Below, in pieces: positions 1 to 10,137 of a stretch of DNA of 64,000 nucleotides (position 1 is its first letter; the number at the start of each line of letters is the position of its first letter). The stretch comes from Fimicolochytrium jonesii. Its lineage: Eukaryota. Both the position numbers and the translations under genes were made by a program. The stretch spans positions 1 through 64,000 of the forward strand of contig NW_026515688.1 in the NCBI RefSeq assembly GCF_025526975.1, read 5' to 3'. The notes under the pieces are model-generated. The model did not search any database, was not told the DNA's origin, and saw nothing but the letters and a program-made list of their open reading frames with translations.

Positions 1-383
1 AAGAGAGGCCGGCTATTCATAGATAGGCAACCCAGCAGGCCAGAGAACAACAACAACAAGAGGGGCCTGGGGGGGGCGCCAGCTATGCTCCTAGAGCGTG
101 CGTGGCGAGCGTAGAGAGCATTGCTACAGCTGCTGGCTATGGAGAAGTAGTGGGGGATGTGGAGAAGCCGAGGGGGGATTGGCGAAATGAGAGGAGAGAG
201 GAGGAGCGGCAATATTGCGGGAGGATTGGCGAAATGGGAGGAGAGAGGGGGAGTGGCATTGACATTGACATTGACACTGACATTGACACTGACATTGACA
301 TTGACATTGGCGTTTGACATTGGCGGTTGACATTGGCGGCTGTCAGTAGGTAAGCTTATGGTATGGGCGCGTCGTCCATAACA
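1..383 (-). mobile_element. Partial LTR (U3 end) of a gypsy family related to the 9597-15468 element; runs off the window start
   Basis: 339-383 matches 10081-10125 at 40/45 nt and ends ...CGTCGTCCATAACA (TGTTATGG on minus). It truncates the gag ORF at 384 and contains (GACATT)n repeats. Confidence 0.8.
256..335. repeat. (GACATT/GACACT)n hexamer tandem repeat inside the LTR
   Basis: Directly visible; a short TTGACATTGAC version is present in the chromovirus LTRs. Confidence 0.9.
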
Positions 384-807
384 TATTATGCAAGTTGCGA
401 GGATAAAAGTGAGCGACAAGCGCCGTTTGAAAAGCTGTCCAACTCGCGGGAGCGCCGGCGGCGTAAGTCGTATTGTACCACTCGTGAGCAGTACCCTTGA
501 GGTAGGTAGTGAGTGTAGGAGCGTACTCTGCCATAGTAAAGGCTATGGCGTTGGCAGCTTGAGTACCGTCTGGTCCAGCTTGTACAGCCGGGACAGTGAG
601 AGACTTGAGGAAGTTGCTGTGAGACGTAACAAACTCTTCGATCTTTTTGGCAGCTTTGGCGCCATCGTATTTGACAAGCTTGTTCTTGCAAGCGTCCATA
701 AGAAGTCTGAAACGTTCGGCTCGTTGGGTGTCTTGCATAACAGCACGCTCCCAAGTAGGGAAAGCAGCTGCGACAGCCGCAACGATAGCTTGAGTTTGTT
801 GGTCCAT
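384..807 (-). pseudogene. Ty3/gypsy-type gag N-terminal part, truncated by LTR insertion
   Basis: KYDG...LTTYLKGTAHEWY...SWTAFQTALVAHF is a retrotransposon gag pattern; it lies just downstream of an LTR and PBS. Confidence 0.75.
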
Positions 808-893
808 TCTTGCTTGTGAACAAGTGTAAGGGCGACCTCCGGTAGAGGGGCGACGTTGACGAGGAATGTCTTGGTGATGCTAGCGGTAGGTGG

Positions 894-901
894 TGCTACC
901 A
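894..901 (-). promoter_or_regulatory. Putative primer-binding site (tRNA-iMet type, TGGTAGCA)
   Basis: TGGTAGCA 5 nt downstream of the LTR 3' CA on the minus strand. Confidence 0.55.
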
Positions 902-906
902 TGTAT

Positions 907-1176
907 TGTCAGAGGAAACGTAGACAATATTTGGCCCTTCTGAGAGGGCTGAGAGCAGTGTATTGTAGTGAAGACAAAAGTAAGAAGCTCTTCGCAGCGG
1001 CCGCTCGACTGACAGCTTTATATATGGGCAGCCAGTGGGGTTTGCGTGGCTTCAGTGAGGCTTGGCGCCTTATGTAATGTATCACCGAGAGCTCGGGTGG
1101 CCCGCCCGGGTCTCGGATCAAGTAGAAGTAAAGAGATATAATATGAAATACAAGTGAAGATGAGATATCCCCGACA
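907..1176 (-). mobile_element. 5' LTR (about 270 bp) of a second gypsy element
   Basis: Termini TGTCGG...CTGACA on minus, internal TATA (ATATATAAAG), followed by PBS and gag; it starts where the copia RT breaks off. Confidence 0.65.
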
Positions 1177-1743
1177 GGTACGTTACCAGAGAAGCGGAGA
1201 TTGCTTCAGACCGTATAGAGCCTTGCGTAGGAGGTATACCCAGTCTGCGCGCGGCTTGTGCGGATCTTCGTAGCCTTGAAATTGTTCAACATAGATGGGT
1301 ACGTCGATGTCGCTGCGTAAGAACGCGTTGGGGACATCAAGTTGATGGATTTCCATACCGAGAGAGACGGCAATGGAGAGGAAAAGGCGAAGAACTGACA
1401 TGGGTAGGGTTGGAGCGTAGGTGTCGTTATAATCAATACCCTTGGATTGACGAAAACCTTGAACGATGCCGCGGCCCTTGAATTTCTTGAAAGTACCGTC
1501 CGGATTGAAGATTTGATGAAGTACCCAAGTACTACCGAGTACGCGCTGATTGCGCGGACGGGGTACGAGCTCCCAAGTACCGTTATCGACGAGAGCTTGG
1601 AACTCTTTATCAGCTGCGAGCTTGAAGTCAGCTGATTGAGGGGAGGCCATCGCTTGGCGCCAGGTCATAGTGACGGATTGAGGTGTGTCTTCGGTACGCG
1701 CATTGAATGTGTTCGAGGGGAGGACTTGCTTTGTAGCGTTCAA
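1177..1743 (-). pseudogene. Ty1/copia reverse transcriptase fragment
   Basis: NGTWELVPRP, KGRGIVQGFRQSKGIDYNDTYAP, HQLDVPNAFL and LRKALYGLKQSP motifs; stop after LW, then cut by the LTR before the YVDD region. Confidence 0.9.
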
Positions 1744-2137
1744 TGGAGTTGGTTGAAGAGAACGGGAGTTGGGAGGACGGGCAACAGATGACGCCTTTAA
1801 TGAGGAAAACCAACCCTACATACAAAACCAACGCCCGTATCACTTCGCGTGATCCTGATACCTACGTTAGTGACGACGCCTCGCGCAGGGGGGACAGTTT
1901 GAGGTACTTAAATGGTGGGACTCAGACCGAGCTTCGACCTCACGCCAGGCTTATAAGGGGACGCACTCCTGCCACCCTCCCTGGACTTCCCAAAATCTTT
2001 CAGACCTCATCGCTTTGAGACCTCATCACCATGCCGCCTGGGGCGCAACCTGTAAGTGTGGCTACGGCGAGCTTTGCGCTCCCCGTCGAGGTCCTCGAGC
2101 TTGTCAACCAATATTTGCCCTTCTCTGCGTTGCTGGT

Positions 2138-2789
2138 ATGGAGGGGAGCGGCGATCTTAACTGTTTGAGCGAGCGGGAAATGCTTGCGCGATTTACCCGG
2201 AAGCTGATAGCCGTCGCTGAAGGCTCACCCGACTGGACTGTCTTTAAGCGACAACACGAAATCGACGCAAAGCTTCTTCTCAAAGACGATCCGAGCCTTC
2301 AAGAGCAATATGTGATGGTCTTGTCCAAACTGCATTCCATCCTGCCTTCCATCCTGCCTCCCGATAAGTCCGCAGCATTGAACTCTGAGGGAATCACGTT
2401 CCGTAGATATGCAAGACCTGGCCGACACGCACGATACTCGGGAGAAAGTTCGGGTAAACGCGGAGGACGACGAGGACGACGAGATTTATGAGTGGGCATG
2501 GTGGGTCGGCAAATGGAATCGCGGGAGGAGGGATCGTGGGAGGGATCGCGGGCATTTGTTGTCGGTATACCGGCAGAAGCGCAGGGTGTTCCAGCTCCAG
2601 GCACCGGCGCCGTGGGGTAGCGAGTCGCCGACTATCCCGTCAATATGGACGAATTTTACTCCTACGCAAGAAATTACTCCAAATCGCCGTTCTGAACACA
2701 AAACGCGTCTGACATTAAGTGTTACACAAAGTGATACAAAGCTACACAGACTTTCGTCTTACACCTTGCTTTTGAAAATAAATGCGTGA
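2138..2789 (+). CDS. Hypothetical protein, probably one frameshifted ORF
   Basis: Two overlapping protein-like ORFs (2015-2491, 2409-2789); no recognisable domain. Confidence 0.3.
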
Positions 2790-3103
2790 ACATTAAAAAG
2801 AATCTACCTACTTGCCACTCCAACGACAGTTTTGATTGCCGTACTGCTGCCTCCCAGAGCTGTCACTCGAATCTAATCAGCCCCTCAGACGATAACTGAT
2901 TTTTCCTTCCTTCGATGACGGCACCCAGAGACATCAAATGGCAGCTGGGGATATTGGGGCCCGGATGGGCTGTGGAGGAGAGATTCGGTCCTCCGGTAGG
3001 AACATCTTTTGCAACTCTTGCACATAGTCAGCTACTTACGGGTACGCATTGTACGCAGCACTTTTATTTTCTTCGTCCTACGTCAGACACAGTGAACTCT
3101 GCC

Positions 3104-3550
3104 ATGGCACATGCCTTGGAACAGAAACTTCGAACAGCCAGAAGTCGTTTAGAAGGTCTCCCACAAAACCTCGGACAGGCCTCTAAGATCATCGCTTCTA
3201 TGGACCAAATTCCTGTGAAGATTGGAGTCAGTCTACCTCAAGATGCTCTGGATGTCGATGGACCTCCTTTTGTATTTTATGGCGAAAGGCCCGACATCTT
3301 GATTGTGGGTTCTTTCGATTTTGCGGAAGAGGATGTACCATACTGGGCTGCCGCCCTCAAGAGTGAAATCACAGTCCTGGGGGTTTTAGATGATCTGGAA
3401 AGGACCCCTGTTCTTTTTATGCATACGAATGGATCTGTAATTGTGGGCAAATTGCGTGGGGAAAACCTGTTCAAAATCGCGGACAGCATCACGGACTTTT
3501 TACAGGGGAAGTTGAAGGTGGAATTTATAACATCAACGAAATTTTCCTAA
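3104..3550 (+). CDS. Intronless protein with US22/SUKH-like C-terminal domain
   Basis: ITVLGVLDD..PVLFMHTNGSVIV...ENLFKIADSITDFLQG resembles the US22/SUKH core by eye; GCCATGG start at 3104 within ORF 2915-3550. Confidence 0.5.
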   Translation: MAHALEQKLRTARSRLEGLPQNLGQASKIIASMDQIPVKIGVSLPQDALDVDGPPFVFYGERPDILIVGSFDFAEEDVPYWAAALKSEITVLGVLDDLERTPVLFMHTNGSVIVGKLRGENLFKIADSITDFLQGKLKVEFITSTKFS

Positions 3551-4292
3551 AGAATATTCGAATCCAACATACTAAAGAGATCATGGAAAGTTAAATCCAT
3601 GCGTGAGAGGTGTACAGCGGCGTGTTCTGCGCAGTTTATTGGCGCAGTTTGAAGCACTCCATTCGAAAGATCGGAAGGCTGGAGGTGTGATGGCCACCAT
3701 GACCGGTACAAGCAGAAACATGCATTGCACGGGGCGACATCGACGTAGGCCCTGGTTCGATAGTCGAACCTGCAATGGAAATCCCGTCAGAACAAGATCA
3801 ATGCTACTGGGAGGGTCTTTGAATGTCACCTAAATGCTCGAATAAATTTTGCAGTTCTACCGGAAGGTTGCGAATGGGCGACGCTCAAAGATCGATCATT
3901 GCTCATTCTCACCAAAACATCATCCTCCACAGTTCTTTGAACCAGTGGGAGCAGGCGGGTCGTGGGTACCTCTATGCCGACGGAGAAGCGCTGCTGACGC
4001 CGCTCATGGAACGCAGCCCTGTCCAAACGTGTTCCTCTAAATTCCACACTTGTGCCAATTACCAAGCCGATGTCTTGGAAGATGCCTATTGCGATGACGG
4101 TGGGCATCATCTTATTCAAGCGCCCTCCACGAAGCGCGTTTGGTTTGATATCGATCAATGTCTCTGTTGCCATGAGCTCCAACGCTCGACGAACTTGAGC
4201 GTCTTCTGACAGCCCACCTCGGGCTTCCGCACGTACTTGAAAACTGACCTGACAGAACGATGAGTGCGTCAAAAATGAACTCCTTTATACAA

Positions 4293-4612
4293 TCACAGAT
4301 GGTATACCGCAAGGGCAATATACTCGAAAGGGTGCATCCACTCGAAGTGCTTGCTAATCCAGGGTTGAACGTGTACTTGGGATGGTAAACATAATTTCGT
4401 TGAGGCAACTGCAAGATCCGCTTCTAACAGTTTACACGCCTGACTGAGGTGAAATTGGACCATTGAATAAGTGAAAAAGCACAGTGAACAAAGCTTACCA
4501 AAAACACCAGTGTCTGGATGATGTCAGGTGGCACCAGCGACAGCCTAGCGTGCAACCCAGCTAGAGCATCCAAGAACTGCTGAACCTCTTTGCCGAGACC
4601 CCTGGCGCTCAT
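4293..4612 (-). CDS. Small spliced hypothetical protein (about 86 aa)
   Basis: Exons 4612-4499 and 4439-4293 join in frame across a GTAAGC...CAG intron; no known domain. Confidence 0.3.
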
Positions 4613-5422
4613 GTTGCAGAATTTCGAAGATCGGCGATTCGACCATTTAGTTCAAACCATACGGGCTTAAGGAGCACAGGCGTCTGAGGTTCTATTGACA
4701 TGACATGAAAACGGTATACAGGCTCATCACGTGTTACAACGCGATCGCGTGGCAGAAAGGCTGGTGGGGCTGCCAAACGGTCGACTTTTGCCAGGAAACC
4801 TAATAGAGGCGGGGCAAGAAGCAAGTCAGCAGTTCTGTGAGCAGTATCCGGAACCAGGAGCTGTTTAGGTTGCTCAGTTGGCATTGAGGAGCTTTTTGCC
4901 GCCGGTTACTGATTGTTGTTTCTGTACAAGGATGCTCGTCGCATTGACGCAGGTACATGGAAAGTTCAAGAAATGGTTGCGCAAACTTCCGTTGGAAACT
5001 TATGGTCACCTGCGCGCTCATTAGCTTGGAAGTCGTAGATCATCAAGTCAGGGTGATAGTCCGCACTCCGGATGATGTCCTGTAATAGACGGCGTAGATA
5101 TACGTAACCACCGGTCCTCAACTACTCTCCCATTGGACCCATATTACGGTTGAGTTGCGGCCAGCAGGCAGTCGTCGAATTGACTTCAGAGAGACAGCTC
5201 TAGAGACAGCTACAAAATTTCACACAATGATGTGCCGTCCAAGATCATCTGGTCTGCTGATTTTGATGTGCGTTTACACTCCCAAGCAGTATTATTCTTA
5301 CGACTGTCCTCCACCATCATCTGGCCCTGTTTTGATGGCCGTTCACACTTCTTCAACACTCTCAAGAGGTATAAAACATCGTCAATACAAGAGTTGGCCC
5401 AGTGCTGAACTGCATTGCCAAA

Positions 5423-6105
5423 ATGGAACACTCGGAAAGGAACGGCAGCACATCGTACGGCGCAGGCCCATACGCTCAGATCCAATCACCTCCCTCTTCG
5501 CCAAACCAACAACCTGTCTGCGGTGCAAGTGCACATATCGATAATGGGTCAAAACCGTTAACGTCGGACGCTCAAGCCACCCCAAATTACGGTCAGTTCC
5601 AGACCCCTGGACAACCCTGGTACCCGCCGCCTCCGCCCGGAACGCAAGTCGTGTACCTCCCCTCGCCGCCAACCCGCCGCCGTCGGTGCAGATGTCGTTC
5701 CTGCCGTTGCTCTTTGGATTCCTCGCGACAATGAACTTTGGTGTCCTGGGCTTCGTCGCATACTTCTGCTCCACCGAAGCCCGGGCCCGCCACGTGATGC
5801 TCAGAGGACTCTCCGTGGGTGGGCTATTGAACAGCGTGATCATTATAGCGGCTAGCTTCCTGTACTTTAACGCATGTAAGGCTGCTAGGGAGGGCGATGC
5901 GCGGTACGTCAACGATCCGACCTTCAGAGACGGGGGGGCTGGGTACTATCTGGGCCTCGGGATGCCCTGTGAAACGCTGAGAACTGTGCTGCTTGCCGAG
6001 GCAGGGCTCTGCATACTACTATCGGTGGTCGCCGGATTGATTTTCCGGCGTAATAGGGCAAAGTTCGCTGCTGTCCGCCCCGGTCCCGTTTACGTCAGAA
6101 ATTAG
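5423..6105 (+). CDS. Pro-rich N-terminus plus about 3 TM helices; 1-nt frameshift in a C-run near 5660
   Basis: ORF 5402-5734 (PWYPPPPPG) joins hydrophobic ORF 5686-6105 if one C is added at TACCTCCCCTCG. Confidence 0.45.
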
Positions 6106-6975
6106 CGCCCCGTTCCTAGAGTTTGTTCATAATGTAGATGTACGTAGCCATCGCCGAGTTTTGTTCGCGAAATAGATCATTTTAGAATGCAAAGACGGTG
6201 CATCACTGGGAGATAAGCTTTACCTTTTTCACAATGATGAAAATGATGGGTACAAAGTTGAATGCTGATGACAGATCGTCCGTCGGCAAGAAGGGGCGCT
6301 AGTCGCTCGCGATGGTCGTTACGTGCTTGCTCGTATAGGCGGTCTGAAACGCTCGGGAAGAGTCCCGGTCGACGAATTGGGCCGATTGGGCCTAACCCTA
6401 GCGCATCAGGGATATGATCCCAGGCGGCGTAGCTCGCAAAGCTGCAGTCGCGTCGGAGGCCCAGAGTGTGGGGTTTCCCTAACCCTAACCCTACCCACTT
6501 TAGCTCCCTGGGAGACTCAGCGCTCACATACGCCCGCGCGTCGCTGTTTCTGGTTCCATCTCCGCCTTCCCTTTTTCCAGCCTTTTCAGCATTCCTTTTG
6601 TGAGTGGCCGGTTCATACACAACCAACAGACCTGAGAAGTTGTGGGATAACTAAACCAGGTATGGGGAACAACGCTAGCTTGTCTGTTCACCTTAATAGC
6701 TACTTACTGTGGAGTTTTATCAAGTAGGAGTGTTCACTGGACCGCTAGCCAAAAGGACATCCTACTAGCAAAACTTTGGCGCCCTGCGAAAGTGTAAGAA
6801 GCCCTCCTAGCACGTTGACACAAAGGGTATGGAGAATGCGTCCTCTAAATTTCAGAACGGGCACGCTCATATTGACTTGGGCAACGCAAATCAAGTTTTA
6901 GATGCCACAGACCCGGAAGCAGTTGCTCCGTGCGGCGGCGGCAAAGGACAGGGAAACCCATGTGTTTTGTGATAT

Positions 6976-7404
6976 ATGGAAAACCGGAAAATGGCTGGCA
7001 AGAATCCGGTGACCACGCGGTTGTATCGGTTCACCGCAGAGCCTGACGGCCTGCTGCTAGGCGAGGCAGCCATCCCACTCACGCGACGCCCAAATGCACA
7101 AGGCCGCACCGTAGTCAAGGTTGGAAAGCATGTTGACGTTACTCGATATGCATTCCCATGCGACAACGCTGGTCATAACACCCCCTGCCAGCCCCTTTCC
7201 TGCGGTTGTTGCCGTCACCGCAGCAGTGTTCGAGTGATGTTCAAGCAGAGCAAGTGCCCAAACTGCTTTGCTATCACCAAGGAAATCATGGAGACCGTTG
7301 TTGCAGATTGTAACAGCAAGGTGCAAGAGTGGAGTCGGGCTGGCGTTGCGGGAGAGGAAAGTGACGAGGAGCCCTCTGTCTTTGACGTTGATGAAGCAAG
7401 TTAA
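6976..7404 (+). CDS. Small Cys-rich hypothetical protein with acidic tail
   Basis: CGCC...CPNC motifs, EESDEE tail, AT-rich 3' flank. Confidence 0.4.
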   Translation: MENRKMAGKNPVTTRLYRFTAEPDGLLLGEAAIPLTRRPNAQGRTVVKVGKHVDVTRYAFPCDNAGHNTPCQPLSCGCCRHRSSVRVMFKQSKCPNCFAITKEIMETVVADCNSKVQEWSRAGVAGEESDEEPSVFDVDEAS

Positions 7405-8426
7405 AGTAGGCATTTCTTTGTTTTTAAGAGAAAATATAAAAAATGTAATGAAACGGTTTTGAAGAGCGGCCTCTGGTGCACATATCCTACTACAATACTT
7501 GGGGTGACCGTTGCCTGTGTGCAGAGGCCGTGGGGTTGCGACAAGAGATGTCTGTTTATTCTGCGCGGAAGACCGACGACACGCTTGCCGAAGACGTATG
7601 TGAGCGCTGAGCTGGGAGATGAGTAAAAGTTGGTGGTCAGCCTTCCGATAGACAAACATTTCAATGACATTGGAACAACTATCATACGCATCCGTACCCC
7701 GAACGCGACAGCGGACTCCCGCACGGTTGCATCTCCATGACCAGCTGCGACAGTGGTAAACAAGCCCGTGAGCAAAACGAAGCCCGCCAGCATCTGGACT
7801 TGGAGAGATCTTTGGGCCAACATGACTGCCGTCGTACTCAGCATGGCAGGTCAAGGCGCCTGGATGGGATGGGACGCACCTTCCTCTTCTTTGAAGCCCA
7901 TACACACTTTGTCCTTTTCGTTTGTGACACTGCTACTTCGCCATAGCTATCCCTGCAAGAAAAGCGGGCATTTTAGCATTTGTCGCTCTAAAACGCAACG
8001 CAGTCCCATTGGTTTAAGCAATATGGCATGACAGGGAGAAACTATCCTAAATACGCTACCATCGTGCTGATTAGTTCCGCTGCAGGAGGACTCCCACTTC
8101 ACCGTCGGAGTTTGAACTTTTTTTCTTGAAGCTCCAAGTGAGACCGTGGGTGAGGTTTGGCAGATGTGAAAAATAATTTACAGTATTTGCGGACGACCTC
8201 GCCGGGCCTCACGAGGTGTGACGATCGCGCCTCGGTTGGTTCCATTTCTTTTTCTCCACCGGCCTGTCTCGCAAGTAGGGCTCCGTCCCGTCCGGGATGG
8301 GCCGGGTTTGCTGCGGCCCGGGTACCGGCCCGGGCGTCCCATGGGCTCCCACCGGGATGGGATGGGACAAAGTCACCGGGAGGGGAAAGCTTTTGAGGCC
8401 AGTAGTTTGGGGTGTTTGGAAAGATA

Positions 8427-8509
8427 CTCACGTTAGTGTAATGGTCTGACCTATGGGCTTTTGTTCATAGAATCCAGCGGATGTGATGAGTTCAATTCCT
8501 GAAGCGGGT
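8427..8509 (+). pseudogene. Degenerate tRNA-Gln(TTG)-like sequence with Pol III A and B boxes inside the hAT element
   Basis: TAGTGTAATGGT (8434-8445), GGGCTTTTG, AATCCAGCG (8471-8479) and GAGTTCAATTCC (8488-8499) are colinear with eukaryotic tRNA-Gln; the stems pair poorly. Confidence 0.5.
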
Positions 8510-9596
8510 GTTCTGAGGATCAGCACGTCAGGGTTTTGATTTCTGCCTTAAGAGGGGTGGGCTGCACTGTTCTTGCAAAACAGTGTGTGTAATCCCCCGA
8601 CTGTTACCGAGTGGGAGTTAGTTTAACTTGTAAAAATCTCCCTGCGGGCGGTACAGCGCGATGGCATCAAGACGTACACTGCGTATGTAGTATCTTTTTT
8701 TTGCTTTTTTTGCTTTAATCCGCACGATACATTAATGTGCAATATCAGACACAATCCGGGCTGCCCACAAATGTGCAATATCAGACACAATCACTGTGTG
8801 CGCACCATGGCTTGTCATTTTGAGTTACAATTTTGAGTATGGGGGATACATTGAGTACGGGAGTACACCTAACACTACAAGTCACCCTTCAACAACCAAT
8901 TCTGGAGACACATCAAGGCCTCCATATGAAACTTCACTGAGCGAGCCACGGTGATCGGTTATAACCCTGCGTCCAGAGGAGAAGAGCGCCTCACAAGGGA
9001 CACTTGTAGCGGGAACAGAAAGATGCGCTCGTGCCATCCTGCCTAAGGTAGGAAAGGCTTCCGCATGCCCCTTCCACCAAGTAAGGGGATCAACTGCTCT
9101 ATTCTCGAGAGGTCCGTTGAGATATTGCTCAACTTCTTCTTCCAGCAACTCTCTGCGCGGGCGTTTGAAGAGTTGAGCGAAACCGTCATCATCGCTCTCA
9201 TCCGCCAGATCCTGCAGTGAATTCATCCCAGCGGAAACTTGATACTTCCTCACGTCAAGCATGAAGTCAGCGTGAATGGCCGCAGGCGAGGGGAAGATGT
9301 CTCCTTCCGCATAATCCGCAAAGTACGCTAGCTTGAAGCGAGGGTCAAGGATCGTTGCATTAAAGTAGATTTGTTGCTTCCCGATTTTTGCTGCGTATTG
9401 TTCGAGTTTCCAAAGCATTTGGTCAACTGAAGGCTGCATGACGGAGCCATCGTAAGTGCTACCAAAGTCCTTGATTCGTTCCAAGAGCAGTTTCAGGACA
9501 GGCACAGCAATGGTGATCGAGCTGTACACACTGCCGGAGAGGTTTTTGGTGGCGGTCTCGAGGGGGCGGAGCAACAGGATAACTTGATGCAGAAGC

Positions 9597-10125
9597 TCTT
9601 ATGAATGGGCGGAGCCGATGGAAATAGAGGCGACTTGTGGTGCAGGTTGTTGACAGGTAATGGTATTCAGACCGAAACAAGAACTAGAACAAGACTAGGA
9701 AGAACTGGTGTTGATCTGCTGGGGGATCAGGAAGTGGGGAGCTCAGGGGAGGCGGCTATTTATGTTTTTCTGGGAAGGCTGGGAAGCGTGGGGAAGCAGA
9801 AGGGTACGGAATGAGAGGGAAGCCAAGAGAAGCGCCAAGGGTGGGGAAGCATAGAAACAGAAGACTGGGGATGGGGTGGCTACGCTGAGGCTGTGGGCGG
9901 GTACGTGGGGAAGTATGGAGAAGGGTTTGTAAGCGCCGAGTGTTGGGAGGTGTGGCTACGTGCGGCTGCGTGGAGAAATGAAGGCAGTGGCAGGTGTGGG
10001 GTAGCGCGGCTGCGTGCGGCTGCAAGGTTTGGCAGATGTCAGGTTTTGACAGGGAATTGACATTGACTGACTGTTGGGATGCTGTCATGAGGTAAGCGCA
10101 TGGTATGGACGCGTCGTCCATAACA
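9597..10125 (-). repeat. 3' LTR
   Basis: Direct repeat of 14939-15468 (4 substitutions and 1 indel seen); preceded on minus by the PPT AGAGGAGGGGGTGA (10126-10139). Confidence 0.97.
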
Positions 10126-10137
10126 TCACCCCCTCCT

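Noticed and set aside
102..333. ORFs with IDIDTD and QCQCQC repeats
   Set aside because: Translations of the hexamer repeat inside an LTR.
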